This document shows, in pieces, positions 1-9,750 of a DNA stretch of 64,000 nt. The notes under the pieces are model-generated. The model ran no database searches. It was not told the origin of the DNA and saw only the letters and a list, made by a program, of their open reading frames with translations. The DNA is from Chlamydiota bacterium. Its GTDB lineage: Bacteria > Chlamydiota > Chlamydiia > Chlamydiales > RGXB01. Position numbers and translations under genes: made by a program. The stretch covers positions 1 through 64,000 of the forward strand of contig CANLTW010000003.1 of the NCBI GenBank assembly GCA_947494155.1, given 5' to 3'. Numbering within the stretch: the stretch's first letter is position 1; every line of letters begins with the position of its first letter.

Positions 1-97
1 TACTTAACAAAAAAAAACCCTTCTATCCCATAAGTCATTTAACCTGAATGGGAACCAAAAACACTCTAGTCATAATCGGTCCCCAGGCACTCTGTTT

Positions 98-1174
98 TTA
101 CCTCATATTTGATAGCCAGCTCATAATCTGGTTATTCATTTGAGAAATAGACCCTCCTATGGCTTGCATACAGGATTGGTATTGCCCCTCTGCTTGGTTA
201 AGAGCTATTTGGTTCTGACTGACTGTAGAACTTAGAGCAGTATTCATTGCATTATTGCTGGCACTAAACGCCGTCAGACTTGACGAACAGGATTCAACAT
301 CGCTTTGTTTCACTCCGGTCAAAGCTCCCGTGGAAGCTTCATACGTATAGGGGGTAGCTCCTAAGGGAACATAATTTCCGGTAAGGTCTACTGTGCTATC
401 AACTAGTGACTGGATATCTGGAAAGCCCTGACCACCCCCTTGTTTTGCTTGCCAGGCTTGGTAATTTTTTAGTGCATCTCTAAATTGGTCAACATCTCCT
501 AATTTAGCGGTATGGTCACTATACGATGCTGTTATCATACCGTTCGCAAACTGAGTCGTCAAATCATCAGGTCCACTTGCTGTAAGTCCCGGTGGTGGTG
601 GGCCTAGGGGAGTTCCCGAAAAGGTCAATCCTAGATCGCCTAATTTAAAATAGGGCACTCCCTCGGCTAGGCCTGTAATCTTATTGTTTGAATCATAGTT
701 AAATAATTGCACGTCTCCGGTTGTTGTGTGTAAGCAGATATGCCCATAGGTGTCTTTTTCCAAGGGGGGTAAGGGGGGTGAAACTATAGTGTATGTTGTT
801 CCATTAATCGTTACTTGACCGCCCGCCTTGAGATCTGCTGTTGGCATTTGATTATTAAAATCTTTCGATAAGCTGGAGTACAGATCCTTTATTGTTGTGG
901 CAAGCTTCAAAGGCTCTGCCGCACTGGCTGTTTGTAAATCGGTAACATCAGTAAGCATAAGCATCAAATAAGAGATATTTAGGTGATTAGGATCACCCAG
1001 CATCTCTTTGACTTTGTCCTGGATCGCCTTCAGTTGAGCTATCCACTCATTTCTTAGGTCCTCCATTTCCTGTTCAATTTTTTGAATTTTGGAATCATCT
1101 GGAGTTGGAGGGGTTGGTGGGGGATCTTGATAACCGTTTTTTTTGGCCGGAAAATTAGCATCTTTATTGACCAT
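98..1174 (-). CDS. Hypothetical protein, candidate T3SS substrate with EspA/SseB/DUF720-like terminal helices
   Basis: 358-aa ORF with GAGGA upstream of the ATG. It has a Pro-rich N-terminus, helical ends, a Gly/Thr-rich centre and the C-terminus QIALNQAEGQYQSCMQAIGGSISQMNNQIMSWLSNMR. Function is inferred. Confidence 0.6.
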   Translation of the reverse strand: MVNKDANFPAKKNGYQDPPPTPPTPDDSKIQKIEQEMEDLRNEWIAQLKAIQDKVKEMLGDPNHLNISYLMLMLTDVTDLQTASAAEPLKLATTIKDLYSSLSKDFNNQMPTADLKAGGQVTINGTTYTIVSPPLPPLEKDTYGHICLHTTTGDVQLFNYDSNNKITGLAEGVPYFKLGDLGLTFSGTPLGPPPPGLTASGPDDLTTQFANGMITASYSDHTAKLGDVDQFRDALKNYQAWQAKQGGGQGFPDIQSLVDSTVDLTGNYVPLGATPYTYEASTGALTGVKQSDVESCSSSLTAFSASNNAMNTALSSTVSQNQIALNQAEGQYQSCMQAIGGSISQMNNQIMSWLSNMR

Positions 1175-1182
1175 ACTTCCTC

Positions 1183-1536
1183 TTAAACATACATGCGGCT
1201 TTTAGTTTTTCTTTTTGGATTTTTGAGCAGAATCTGCATCTGATTATAACTTTTTATGCATTCCTGCATCATAGAGTCTAATATCTGAATTTGAAACTGG
1301 GTTAATGTAGGAGGATTATGGGTAACTAGCGGGGTAATCCTGTCTCTTGTTTTTTCGAACTCGTTAAGCTGTTTCAAAATCGATTTTTTCGATTCAGGGG
1401 TACTATTTTGTTCCAGTAGCTGTATCGCACCGTCAAAAAAGGCTCGTTGTAAAGCGACAAAAAGGAACGGATCGACACTCTTATCGTGCTCCATCCTCTC
1501 TAAGCCCTCAATATAGTAAGTGAGACCTAATTTCAT
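1183..1536 (-). CDS. Hypothetical helical protein
   Basis: 117-aa ORF with GGGAG SD, tightly packed in an operon (8-9 nt gaps). Confidence 0.6.
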   Translation of the reverse strand: MKLGLTYYIEGLERMEHDKSVDPFLFVALQRAFFDGAIQLLEQNSTPESKKSILKQLNEFEKTRDRITPLVTHNPPTLTQFQIQILDSMMQECIKSYNQMQILLKNPKRKTKSRMYV

Positions 1537-1545
1537 GAACTCCCT

Positions 1546-1977
1546 TTAGACCCTTTTCCCTTTGGGCAACCCTTTTTTAGGACCTTTTCTCTCCATATTC
1601 CTCTCTGAATTTTTTAAGAGAACTTTTTCCAGAGCAGTATTTCCATAAGCTAATTGCTGCTCTTTACAAAAATTTTTGACCTGACTAAATTCCTTCATCT
1701 CCTCCATACTATGGAAAAGAAGGGCATAGACGATCCCCTTTTTAGCCCCTGTTTTTTCTGCTAGCTCTTCCACATGGTCATCCAATTCCTCTAAAAGCTC
1801 AGCGCTCACTTTAAAGGCTTTAGTACGATATGGGGCATCAAAACTTTTTAAACCTTGTCTTAAAAACACGAAAAACTCTTTGGGAAAACCGTTAAAAAAG
1901 GTTCTAAAATGGGGGTTTTTCACCCCTTTTGAATAGGCAAGATCAAGCATTTCACTGTTTTTTTGTTTAGTTGTCAT
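1546..1977 (-). CDS. Hypothetical protein, possible ribbon-helix-helix DNA-binding domain
   Basis: 143-aa ORF. The segment YRTKAFKVSAELLEELDDHVEELAEKTGAKKGIVYALL has a strand-helix-turn-helix pattern. Confidence 0.55.
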   Translation of the reverse strand: MTTKQKNSEMLDLAYSKGVKNPHFRTFFNGFPKEFFVFLRQGLKSFDAPYRTKAFKVSAELLEELDDHVEELAEKTGAKKGIVYALLFHSMEEMKEFSQVKNFCKEQQLAYGNTALEKVLLKNSERNMERKGPKKGLPKGKRV

Positions 1978-1978
1978 T

Positions 1979-2398
1979 TTATGGCCTCATCCAGTTTTTT
2001 ACTTTTGTTTTCCCTTTTTTCATCTTTGCAATAGGATCTACTTGAGATTTTGACTTATGAAAAGTTTTGTTTTTTTCCTTTCTGATAAGATCTAAAAACT
2101 CTTGCTCGTTTAAGGAGAATTGCTCGTATTTATCCAGGTAGGTATTGAGCTCTCCCTCAGACATCCCCACTTTCTTTTCGATAGTATCCATAGCCTGCAA
2201 AAGGAGCTCTTTCAAAAGGGCTATTACTCTCTGCATCCGGTTTTTTTCCGCCAAATCCCCCTTGGCTTGGACTACTTTATACTGATGTAAAAATTGCAGA
2301 GCATCCTGGAAAAAAGGGATCAGGGCATCCAGATCTTTAAGCTGTAAAAGATCTATCTCCTCTAGTCTGTCCTCAAACTTACTATCCACATCACTCAC
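1979..2398 (-). CDS. Hypothetical helical protein with basic C-terminus
   Basis: 139-aa ORF with GTG start. First gene of the operon divergent from the T3SS cluster. Confidence 0.65.
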   Translation of the reverse strand: MSDVDSKFEDRLEEIDLLQLKDLDALIPFFQDALQFLHQYKVVQAKGDLAEKNRMQRVIALLKELLLQAMDTIEKKVGMSEGELNTYLDKYEQFSLNEQEFLDLIRKEKNKTFHKSKSQVDPIAKMKKGKTKVKNWMRP

Positions 2399-2497
2399 AT
2401 CCGCTTATTGTTGATTAAGCGGTAAAAGATTTATTCACAACACCTAAATAAGGGTTTGCATAAAAAAAAACCTTTTCTTTATGAGAATAAATGACTT

Positions 2498-2890
2498 ATG
2501 TTGGATGATTTAATAAAAAACTTTAGCTTAGAGCATGGAACTCCCTACACATTTGTTCAAGAGGGCTCGAAAGGGTATTTTGAATTGCAAATTTCTGATG
2601 AGATCCGCATTGAGTTAAGGGGGATTGAGGGGCAAGGGGGGTTTTTTCGGACAAATCTGTTCCTTTTTTTAATCCCTGAAAAAGAGACCGTGTTTAGACA
2701 GCTTCTCGAGGCAAACTACCTTTACCAGAGCACGATGGGCTGTGTTTTGGGAATGGATCCTAATGAAAAATACATCACCCTCTCCTTGTACGTCTACTCG
2801 CCAATGACCAAAAACCTGCTTTGGGACTCTTTAGAACTGTTTTGTAATGCGTGGGATTACTTAAAGCACAATTTCGAAAAGAAATCATGA
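2498..2890 (+). CDS. scc4: Class I (CesT-family) T3SS chaperone, Scc4/CT663-like
   Basis: 130-aa acidic protein with the LLEANYLYQSTMGCVLGMD chaperone motif, immediately upstream of cdsD as in Chlamydia. Confidence 0.8.
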   Translation: MLDDLIKNFSLEHGTPYTFVQEGSKGYFELQISDEIRIELRGIEGQGGFFRTNLFLFLIPEKETVFRQLLEANYLYQSTMGCVLGMDPNEKYITLSLYVYSPMTKNLLWDSLELFCNAWDYLKHNFEKKS

Positions 2891-3131
2891 TTTTTAATAG
2901 GTATTTAAATCCAAATAAGGGTAAATTACACCAGAAAAAAAACCGAAAAATGGGTTTTGGAACAAGAGGAAAACCTCTTTCTTGCTTGACAATCTTTAGT
3001 GGTTTGAACGATAAAGAGAAGTTACGAAAAAAATCCTATTTTGGTGTTGCAAGACTGTTGTTAAGCTATGAAAACAGATGGCTTTTTTCACACGGTACAG
3101 TGATAACACCCCTTAACTTAGTGGGTCTTTG

Positions 3132-4823
3132 ATGAGCTATTATCTTATCGCCGAAGAGGGGCCTCTTAAAGGGCTTAAGATTGATCTTACTGATGAGGAG
3201 CGCGTAATAGTTGGGCGCGATCCCGACTCTTCCACCTGCCTGATTGAAGATCCGTCGATTTCAAGGCGACACGCCCTATTTCTATTTGGAGCCGATTCGA
3301 TCGAAATCGAAAATCTGAGCCTTACCAATCCCCTTAAAGTCAACGGGAATATCACAGAGGGCAAAGAGGTAATAGTCGACGGAGATTACATCACACTTGG
3401 CGCTAATACGTTTCGTTTTGTAAAAATAGAAAAACCCTCCACACAAAAAGAGATGGATAGCTTTGAAGAGCTTTCCATCAAAGAAGAGCCCCTATTTCAG
3501 TTTTCTCTTAGTGGTCAACACGCTAGCCGTTTCACTTTAAAAGTGATTATGGGGCCAAATGCGGGTGCCGAATTCCCCTTGCCTGAAGGGGGCTCGCTTG
3601 TTTTAGGAAAAGACGATCAAACTTGCGATGTGGCATTCAACGACCTATCGGTTTCCAAGCGGCATGCGCGCCTATCTTTCAATGAACAGGGTATTCCGAT
3701 TATCGAAGACCTGGAGAGTTTGAATAAAATTTTTGTAAACCACCGAAAAGTGGAAGGGGCTTATGAACTCAAAGGGCAAGACCTTATCACGCTAGGGACA
3801 ACCCAGCTCATTTTTGTTGATAAAGAGATTGTAGAAGAGACCGTTTTCAATCCGTTTGAAGAGAAGATCGAGATAGATACACAGACCGACGAGGGGCGGC
3901 AGCAAGCTTTCAAAAAAATGGTAATCCCCTACAAACACTTGGCTGGATTCGGCGCCCTCTTATTCGTCGTGGTCGTCTCAACGCTCTTTTTACTCTCCCT
4001 TTTTTCCTCCCACGAAATCCCCGTCTCTTTTAACAAACAAAAAGACGAGGTTGCATCTGTCTTAAAACGGTATCCAAAAATAGAATACACCTTCAATCCC
4101 CCTACCGGAAAGCTCTTTTTAGTCGGGCATGTTCTCAACGAGATCGAATATGAAGAGATGCTCTTTGTACTCAATCAACTCCCCTTTTTAAAAAATATTG
4201 AGGATACGGTGGTGATCGATGAGCTTGTTTGGCAAAACGCGAATGCATTGATTCAGACAAACCCCAACTGGAAAGGGATTATGATTCAAGCAATCGCCCC
4301 CTCCCAATTCGTATTGCGCGGCTATTTGGAAACGATCGACCAGCAGGCAGAACTTTTAGAGTACATCGCTTTGAATTTTACCTACCTCAACCAGTTAAAA
4401 AATGAACTTGTAATCAATAGCTTGGTACAACAACGAATCCAATCACTTTTAACCCGTTCAGGATTTGGCTCGATCACGTTCAACTACTCTTTAGGTGAGC
4501 TTGTGCTCTCCGGCCCCGTGGAAAAAGAGCAGGAGCGCACCTATAAAAAAATTCTCGATGAGGTGAGAGAGGTTAAAGGGGTAGAAAATGTGGAGAGCAT
4601 CGTCACCTTTACCTCCGCGTCCTCAGCTAGAATCGACTTAACTTCGAAATATCAGGTGATGGGAAGCTCCATTAAAGATGGGAAAGAGGCTTTTGTTTTA
4701 ATCAACGGCAAGATCCTCAATGCAGGGAAAATGCTTGACGGAATGACGATTACAGGTATCACAACAAAAGAAATCTTTCTAGAGAAGGATGGAGTAAAAT
4801 ATAAAATTGACTTCAATTCTTAA
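3132..4823 (+). CDS. cdsD: T3SS inner-membrane ring protein SctD/CdsD
   Basis: Two FHA domains (GRDP..SISRRH..SLTN; GKD..SVSKRH..SLN), one TM segment, BON-like periplasmic domains and synteny. Confidence 0.92.
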   Translation: MSYYLIAEEGPLKGLKIDLTDEERVIVGRDPDSSTCLIEDPSISRRHALFLFGADSIEIENLSLTNPLKVNGNITEGKEVIVDGDYITLGANTFRFVKIEKPSTQKEMDSFEELSIKEEPLFQFSLSGQHASRFTLKVIMGPNAGAEFPLPEGGSLVLGKDDQTCDVAFNDLSVSKRHARLSFNEQGIPIIEDLESLNKIFVNHRKVEGAYELKGQDLITLGTTQLIFVDKEIVEETVFNPFEEKIEIDTQTDEGRQQAFKKMVIPYKHLAGFGALLFVVVVSTLFLLSLFSSHEIPVSFNKQKDEVASVLKRYPKIEYTFNPPTGKLFLVGHVLNEIEYEEMLFVLNQLPFLKNIEDTVVIDELVWQNANALIQTNPNWKGIMIQAIAPSQFVLRGYLETIDQQAELLEYIALNFTYLNQLKNELVINSLVQQRIQSLLTRSGFGSITFNYSLGELVLSGPVEKEQERTYKKILDEVREVKGVENVESIVTFTSASSARIDLTSKYQVMGSSIKDGKEAFVLINGKILNAGKMLDGMTITGITTKEIFLEKDGVKYKIDFNS

Positions 4824-4866
4824 CCTATGAGATTTATAGACTTAAAAGAAGAAATGTTGGTTAGAC

Positions 4867-5100
4867 ATGTTAGGACAAAATAAACCGGCACGAGAGATTT
4901 TCAAGTTTGACTTGGAAAAAGAACTCAAAGATCCGAAAAAACGAGCTGAAATCGAACACAAGTGTGAAAAAAGAATCAAGGAATTGAAGGAAAAAATCCG
5001 TCATGGGACCAATCCTGCAGAATTCGATGATATTGGTCATCTTTTACATGCTTATGTTTCTTTAGAGAAGCTTGTTAAACACTCAGCAAGGTGGTCATAA
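4867..5100 (+). CDS. cdsE: T3SS needle chaperone CdsE (CT665-like)
   Basis: FKFDLEKELKD motif, size and position between cdsD and cdsF. Confidence 0.8.
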   Translation: MLGQNKPAREIFKFDLEKELKDPKKRAEIEHKCEKRIKELKEKIRHGTNPAEFDDIGHLLHAYVSLEKLVKHSARWS

Positions 5101-5101
5101 T

Positions 5102-5347
5102 ATGAGTGGACAAGATGGTGTGCATCTGTACTTCCAACAGATGATAACAAACTATACAGCTGCCCAAAAAAAGGTAGCAAACCTTGTAATGTGTCTCTCC
5201 TCTAAGATGACTTCGGTGTCTCCGGGTCAATTTTTATTGCTGCAGTTTCAGGTGGGAAACTTGACGCAGATTGGAGATTCGATCTCTAACGTGGTGAGCT
5301 CCTTAAATGGAATTGCCAAAAACTCTATCTCAAACATGAATAGGTAA
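5102..5347 (+). CDS. cdsF: T3SS needle subunit SctF/CdsF
   Basis: 81-aa helical hairpin with FLLLQFQVGNLTQIGDSISNVVSSL. The ATG is 1 nt after the cdsE stop. Confidence 0.85.
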   Translation: MSGQDGVHLYFQQMITNYTAAQKKVANLVMCLSSKMTSVSPGQFLLLQFQVGNLTQIGDSISNVVSSLNGIAKNSISNMNR

Positions 5348-5360
5348 TTTGGAGTAAAGT

Positions 5361-5801
5361 ATGTCGGATTTTATCAAAAGCCACAAAGAGGATTTTGTTT
5401 TACTCCTTGAGGCGGGATTTGTCGCTATCATGCATCAAGATGAAGATAGCGCCACAAAACTCTTCAAAGCAGCTCACGTTTTAGATCCTAATAATGTGAT
5501 GCCAAAAATCGGCCTCGGTTACATGCACTTTTTAAAACTGGAACTCAAGCCCGCTATTGTTTATGTGAAACAAGCTTTAGAAAAAGAGCCCCAAAATGAA
5601 TTTGCGCAGGCTCTTCTAGGTGTCTGCTTAACATTTAGCAACGATATGGGTAAAGAGGGCGTAGAGCTTTTGCACAAAACCCAGTCCAAATCTCATGATC
5701 CAGAAATTCGTAAACTTGCCCACAATGCAAGTGATTTTTACGAAAAATTCATTAAAGCTCCCCCATCACCTGCAGAAATAAGCGGACACAAGAGAAAATA
5801 A
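5361..5801 (+). CDS. cdsG: TPR needle chaperone CdsG (CT667-like)
   Basis: LLLEAGFVAI..QDEDSA.KLF motif, TPR-like helices and synteny. Confidence 0.85.
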   Translation: MSDFIKSHKEDFVLLLEAGFVAIMHQDEDSATKLFKAAHVLDPNNVMPKIGLGYMHFLKLELKPAIVYVKQALEKEPQNEFAQALLGVCLTFSNDMGKEGVELLHKTQSKSHDPEIRKLAHNASDFYEKFIKAPPSPAEISGHKRK

Positions 5802-5804
5802 TCC

Positions 5805-6443
5805 ATGGCAGACAACGACGTTCCTTCAAAGCTTTCCAATCCCTCTGCTATACCCGGTATGGCGCCGATAGATCAAAATACTGCCTCAGAGTCGGGAAAA
5901 CGTCCGTTTGCCGATTACATGAGAGAAGAGCCCCAAGCAAAAGTGCAGCAGGCTCCTTCTCCTATGCAAGCTTTATCTCCCCAAACAAATAACATCGGTC
6001 CGCCTACCATGGATTCTGTTCAACAGCAGATGAAGGCAACCTCCTCTCAGCTCGGGGATATCAATCAAAAATTAAACACCCCTAATCTTAAGCTTAAACC
6101 CTCTGAAAAATTTCTGGTGCGGAGTAAACTTGAAGATGCACATACCAATATCAGAGAAGCCGCCCAAAAAGTGGGTGTTGAACCAACCAGCGATATTGAT
6201 ACAAAAGGTCTGCAAAACCCTATAGCGAAATTCATGGTTCTTATTGGTGATGGACAAGAGCAGCTTGAAAGCGCCCAAAACATGTTATCAAAAATGTCCT
6301 CAAGCGGTCAGCTGGTTAACCCTGGTGACCTCCTTTTAGCTCAGGTCAAAATCAATCGAGCGCAACAGCAGCTAGACTTCTCGTCCATTGTCTTATCCAA
6401 AGCAATTGAGGGGATCAAAACGCTATTCAACGTCCAAATCTAA
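5805..6443 (+). CDS. CT668-like T3SS protein with SctI (inner rod)-like C-terminus
   Basis: Lies between cdsG and cdsN. C-terminus is NPGDLLLAQVKINRAQQQLDFSSIVLSKAIEGIKTLFNVQI. Confidence 0.75.
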   Translation: MADNDVPSKLSNPSAIPGMAPIDQNTASESGKRPFADYMREEPQAKVQQAPSPMQALSPQTNNIGPPTMDSVQQQMKATSSQLGDINQKLNTPNLKLKPSEKFLVRSKLEDAHTNIREAAQKVGVEPTSDIDTKGLQNPIAKFMVLIGDGQEQLESAQNMLSKMSSSGQLVNPGDLLLAQVKINRAQQQLDFSSIVLSKAIEGIKTLFNVQI

Positions 6444-6455
6444 CAGGTCGATTTT

Positions 6456-7760
6456 ATGGATTTTGAATCGGTCTTCAAGCAGCTTGACGAGATCTCGCTT
6501 ACGGCTATGAATGGCCGTATCACCGAAATTGTGGGATTGTTAATCAAAGCTGTTGTTCCCGAGGTGAAAATGGGGGAAATCTGCATGATCAAAAGGACAG
6601 GTTCCCCTCTTTTGGCAGAAGTTGTGGGTTTCACTAAAGACGAGGTATTTCTCTCCCCGATGTCAGAAATGACCGGAATCGGTCCCTCCTCCGAGGTGAT
6701 TCCGCTGAAGACAACTCTGCACATTAAAGTCGGTCCAAACCTCTTGGGTAGAGTCCTAGATGGTTTAGGAAATCCTCTTGATGAGCAGGAAAAAGGGCCA
6801 CTTGTCCTCGAAGAATCCTATCCGGTCATGTCCCCACCACCAGATCCTTTAAAAAGAAAAATGATCGACACCCCAATTTCGACTGGTATCCGCTGTATTG
6901 ACGGGGCACTGACCTGCGGTGAGGGGCAGCGTGTGGGTATTTTTGCGGCGGCAGGGGGAGGAAAATCTACCCTTTTAGGTATGATCGCCCGTTATGCAAG
7001 AGCTGATGTGAATGTGATCGCTCTGATTGGTGAAAGGGGTCGCGAATTAAGGGAATTTCTAGAAAATGATTTGGGGCCGGAAGGGATGTCACGCTCTGTC
7101 GTGATCGTGTCCACCTCAGATCAAGCAGCACAAATGCGACTCACTGCGGCCTACGTTGGTACGGCGATTGCAGAGTACTTTCGTGATCAGGGGAAAAAAG
7201 TCATTTTAATGATGGACTCGGTCACCCGTTTTGCGAGAGCATTACGTGAAGTGGGTCTTGCCGCCGGAGAACCCCCTGCCAGAGCCGGATTCACCCCTTC
7301 GGTTTTTGCGACTCTTCCCCGCCTCTTGGAAAGATCGGGAAACTCCGAAAAAGGCTCTATAACGGCTTTTTACACTATCCTAGTCGCAGGTGACGATATG
7401 AATGAGCCTGTTTCCGACGAGGTCAGATCGATTCTTGACGGACACATCATCCTATCGAGCGAGCTTGCTCGTCAATACCATTACCCTGCTATCGATGTCC
7501 TCTCTTCTGCCAGCCGTATTCTTAGCCACGTCTGTTCAAAAGAGCAAATGGAGCTGATTGGAAAAATTCGCGAGGTATTGGCAAACTACAAAAAAAATGA
7601 ACTCCTTATCCGCATAGGGGAATACAAACCCGGTTCAGACAAAGCAGCTGACTATGCGATCAAATATATCGAACGTGTACAACGTTTTTTAAAACAGGGC
7701 ATCACCGAAAAATCTACCCTAGAGGAGACTCTACAACAATTAAGGGCCCTATTTAGGTGA
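6456..7760 (+). CDS. sctN: T3SS ATPase SctN/CdsN
   Basis: Walker [28 protein letters not shown] and GEPPARAGF. Confidence 0.97.
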   Translation: MDFESVFKQLDEISLTAMNGRITEIVGLLIKAVVPEVKMGEICMIKRTGSPLLAEVVGFTKDEVFLSPMSEMTGIGPSSEVIPLKTTLHIKVGPNLLGRVLDGLGNPLDEQEKGPLVLEESYPVMSPPPDPLKRKMIDTPISTGIRCIDGALTCGEGQRVGIFAAAGGGKSTLLGMIARYARADVNVIALIGERGRELREFLENDLGPEGMSRSVVIVSTSDQAAQMRLTAAYVGTAIAEYFRDQGKKVILMMDSVTRFARALREVGLAAGEPPARAGFTPSVFATLPRLLERSGNSEKGSITAFYTILVAGDDMNEPVSDEVRSILDGHIILSSELARQYHYPAIDVLSSASRILSHVCSKEQMELIGKIREVLANYKKNELLIRIGEYKPGSDKAADYAIKYIERVQRFLKQGITEKSTLEETLQQLRALFR

Positions 7761-8263
7761 AAAAACCGAAATACCCGCTTGAAGAAATTGATCAGATCAA
7801 GAAAAAGCGGTTTGAAGAGGCCGAAAAAAGTCTTAAAGAAAAAAAAGAATTCCTTCTTAAGGAGCAAGCCAAGCTCAATCAGTACATGAAAGACCTTGAA
7901 CTCATTAAACAGCACAAACTCGATAAGATTCGCCAAATGATGGATGAAATGGAAAAAGGGACCACCAGTGACCAAATCATTGTCAAAGAGCGCTACCTTA
8001 AAGTTGTTGTGGAAGAAAAGCTCAAAAAAGAACACCTGAAAGTATTAGAGCAGCAAAAAGAGGTGAAATCGGCTCAAGACGATGTGGATAAGGCAAGAAT
8101 TCTTTTAGATCAAAGGCGTCAAGATGTCGAAAAATTACGCCTTCATCGTGAGGATTGGGAGTTGGAGGTCCGTAAAGAGCTCGAAGCCTATGACGTAAAA
8201 GAAACAGACGAGATTGGCACCACGATCCATACAGCACGAAAATACAAACCGGGCGGAAAATAG
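7757..8263 (+). CDS. cdsO: T3SS stalk protein SctO/CdsO
   Basis: 168-aa coiled coil starting KYPLE, overlapping the cdsN stop (GTGA). Confidence 0.85.
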   Translation: MKKPKYPLEEIDQIKKKRFEEAEKSLKEKKEFLLKEQAKLNQYMKDLELIKQHKLDKIRQMMDEMEKGTTSDQIIVKERYLKVVVEEKLKKEHLKVLEQQKEVKSAQDDVDKARILLDQRRQDVEKLRLHREDWELEVRKELEAYDVKETDEIGTTIHTARKYKPGGK

Positions 8264-8346
8264 AGCGCTTGCTTTTTTTGTGTTTTTTAGCTTAAGAGAC
8301 AATTATTGAACCTTTTTGTTTTTTTAAAACCTTTAATTGAGCCCTT

Positions 8347-9633
8347 ATGTCCCATCCTCAAAACATTTCCGGTACCCCACCAAAAGATCCCTTAGAAGCG
8401 GGGAAAAACGCACCGACTCCGGACAAATTCAAAAAAGTTATGGGTGTAGAAAGTAGCGCAGAATCGGACCAAAGAGGGGCAAAAAACCGTTACGTAAAAC
8501 AAGATGAAGAGGAGGCGGAGGAGGAGAATGAGATCACCGCCAAGCCCGATATTTTTTCCCAGTTGATGTCCGATAAACAAACAAAAGAGTTCTCACTTGG
8601 ACCCTCCAGACAAACTACTCAAGAGATTGAGAATGACGAGGATTTTTCAAAACTTCCAGATCAAATGGCTGCTGGGGCTGATCTAACGCAAACCGACTCT
8701 ATTCAAATCAAATCCACTGCCGGCAATCCCCCCTCTAAAGATCTATTGGAAGCCCCGTTATCAGAGGAACCTCTGAAAAAAAATCAGGAAGTTGCACCTC
8801 CTAAAAAGCATGATGCCTTCAAAGAGCTCAAAAAAATTGAAGGTGAGCTTGAAAACATGCACCCCTCAAAAAAACCCCTACCCCATAAAGAGTCTGTACA
8901 TGGCACCCAACACAATTCTGAAAAAAAAGAAAAAGTAGAGGCGAGCCCCTCTGTTGTTAAAGAGCAGATATTTCACCCCCATAAAGCGTCTGCACATGGT
9001 ACCCAACACAAATCTGAAAAAAAAGAAAAAGTAGAGGCGAGCCCTTCTTTTGTTAAAGAGCAGATATTTCACCCCCATAAAACCCCTCTAGATGGTATCC
9101 CACACAAATCTGAAAAAGAGAAAAAAAGCCCTCGTGGTGTAGAGCAGGAAAAACCGCCCCTCATCACAGCCTCCCAAGAGATTGCTCCTAAGTCTTTCGA
9201 TGAGACAACAATTGCCCCACAACCGCAAATCACGGTAGAAGCGGCTTTGTCACCCTCATTAAGCGCATCCCCCCCTTACGCGCAGTTTTCCCCACAAATT
9301 TTTGAACTTTTTCAAAAACTTGTAGGGATGATGACAGTCATGCAGTTCCAAGGGAAAACAACCACCTCCATCATTCTTCATTTACCCAGCTCGCCACTGG
9401 ATGGGGCGCATGTCGATATTGAACATTTTGATACAGCCCCCCATGCATTCAATATTACACTTTACGCATCCGTAGAGGGGCAAAAACTCCTTGACCCACA
9501 GGTACAAAATCTAGAGCAGCAACTCCGAGCCTCCTTACCGAATTTCCAGATTTCGGTGAAAAAGCCCTATCTGCTTGACGAGACAAGAGAGGAGAAAAAG
9601 CGGCGCAATCTAAAAGTCAAAAAAACTGGCTAG
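8347..9633 (+). CDS. cdsP: T3SS needle-length ruler / substrate switch SctP/CdsP (CT671-like)
   Basis: Long low-complexity N-terminal region plus a compact C-terminal domain (IEHFDTAPHAFNITL), positioned after cdsO. Confidence 0.75.
   Translation: MSHPQNISGTPPKDPLEAGKNAPTPDKFKKVMGVESSAESDQRGAKNRYVKQDEEEAEEENEITAKPDIFSQLMSDKQTKEFSLGPSRQTTQEIENDEDFSKLPDQMAAGADLTQTDSIQIKSTAGNPPSKDLLEAPLSEEPLKKNQEVAPPKKHDAFKELKKIEGELENMHPSKKPLPHKESVHGTQHNSEKKEKVEASPSVVKEQIFHPHKASAHGTQHKSEKKEKVEASPSFVKEQIFHPHKTPLDGIPHKSEKEKKSPRGVEQEKPPLITASQEIAPKSFDETTIAPQPQITVEAALSPSLSASPPYAQFSPQIFELFQKLVGMMTVMQFQGKTTTSIILHLPSSPLDGAHVDIEHFDTAPHAFNITLYASVEGQKLLDPQVQNLEQQLRASLPNFQISVKKPYLLDETREEKKRRNLKVKKTG
8881..9123 (+). repeat. 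In-frame 96-bp (32-aa) tandem repeat, about 2.5 copies, inside cdsP
   Basis: ccccataaa recurs at 8881, 8977 and 9073. The unit is PHKESVHGTQHNSEKKEKVEASPSVVKEQIFH. Confidence 0.95.
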
Positions 9634-9750
9634 TCTTCTTTTTCTCCCCTTTTTTGTGGTCATGAATCGAATTCCCATGGTAGAATCTCCTTAACATTTT
9701 GATCGAAAAAAATTTCATTTTTAGCGAAAAAATCCAAAAAGGTGCGTTGT

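Noticed and set aside
2851..3132. 93-aa ORF between scc4 and cdsD
   Set aside because: Lys-rich low-complexity translation of an AT-rich promoter region, overlapping both neighbours.
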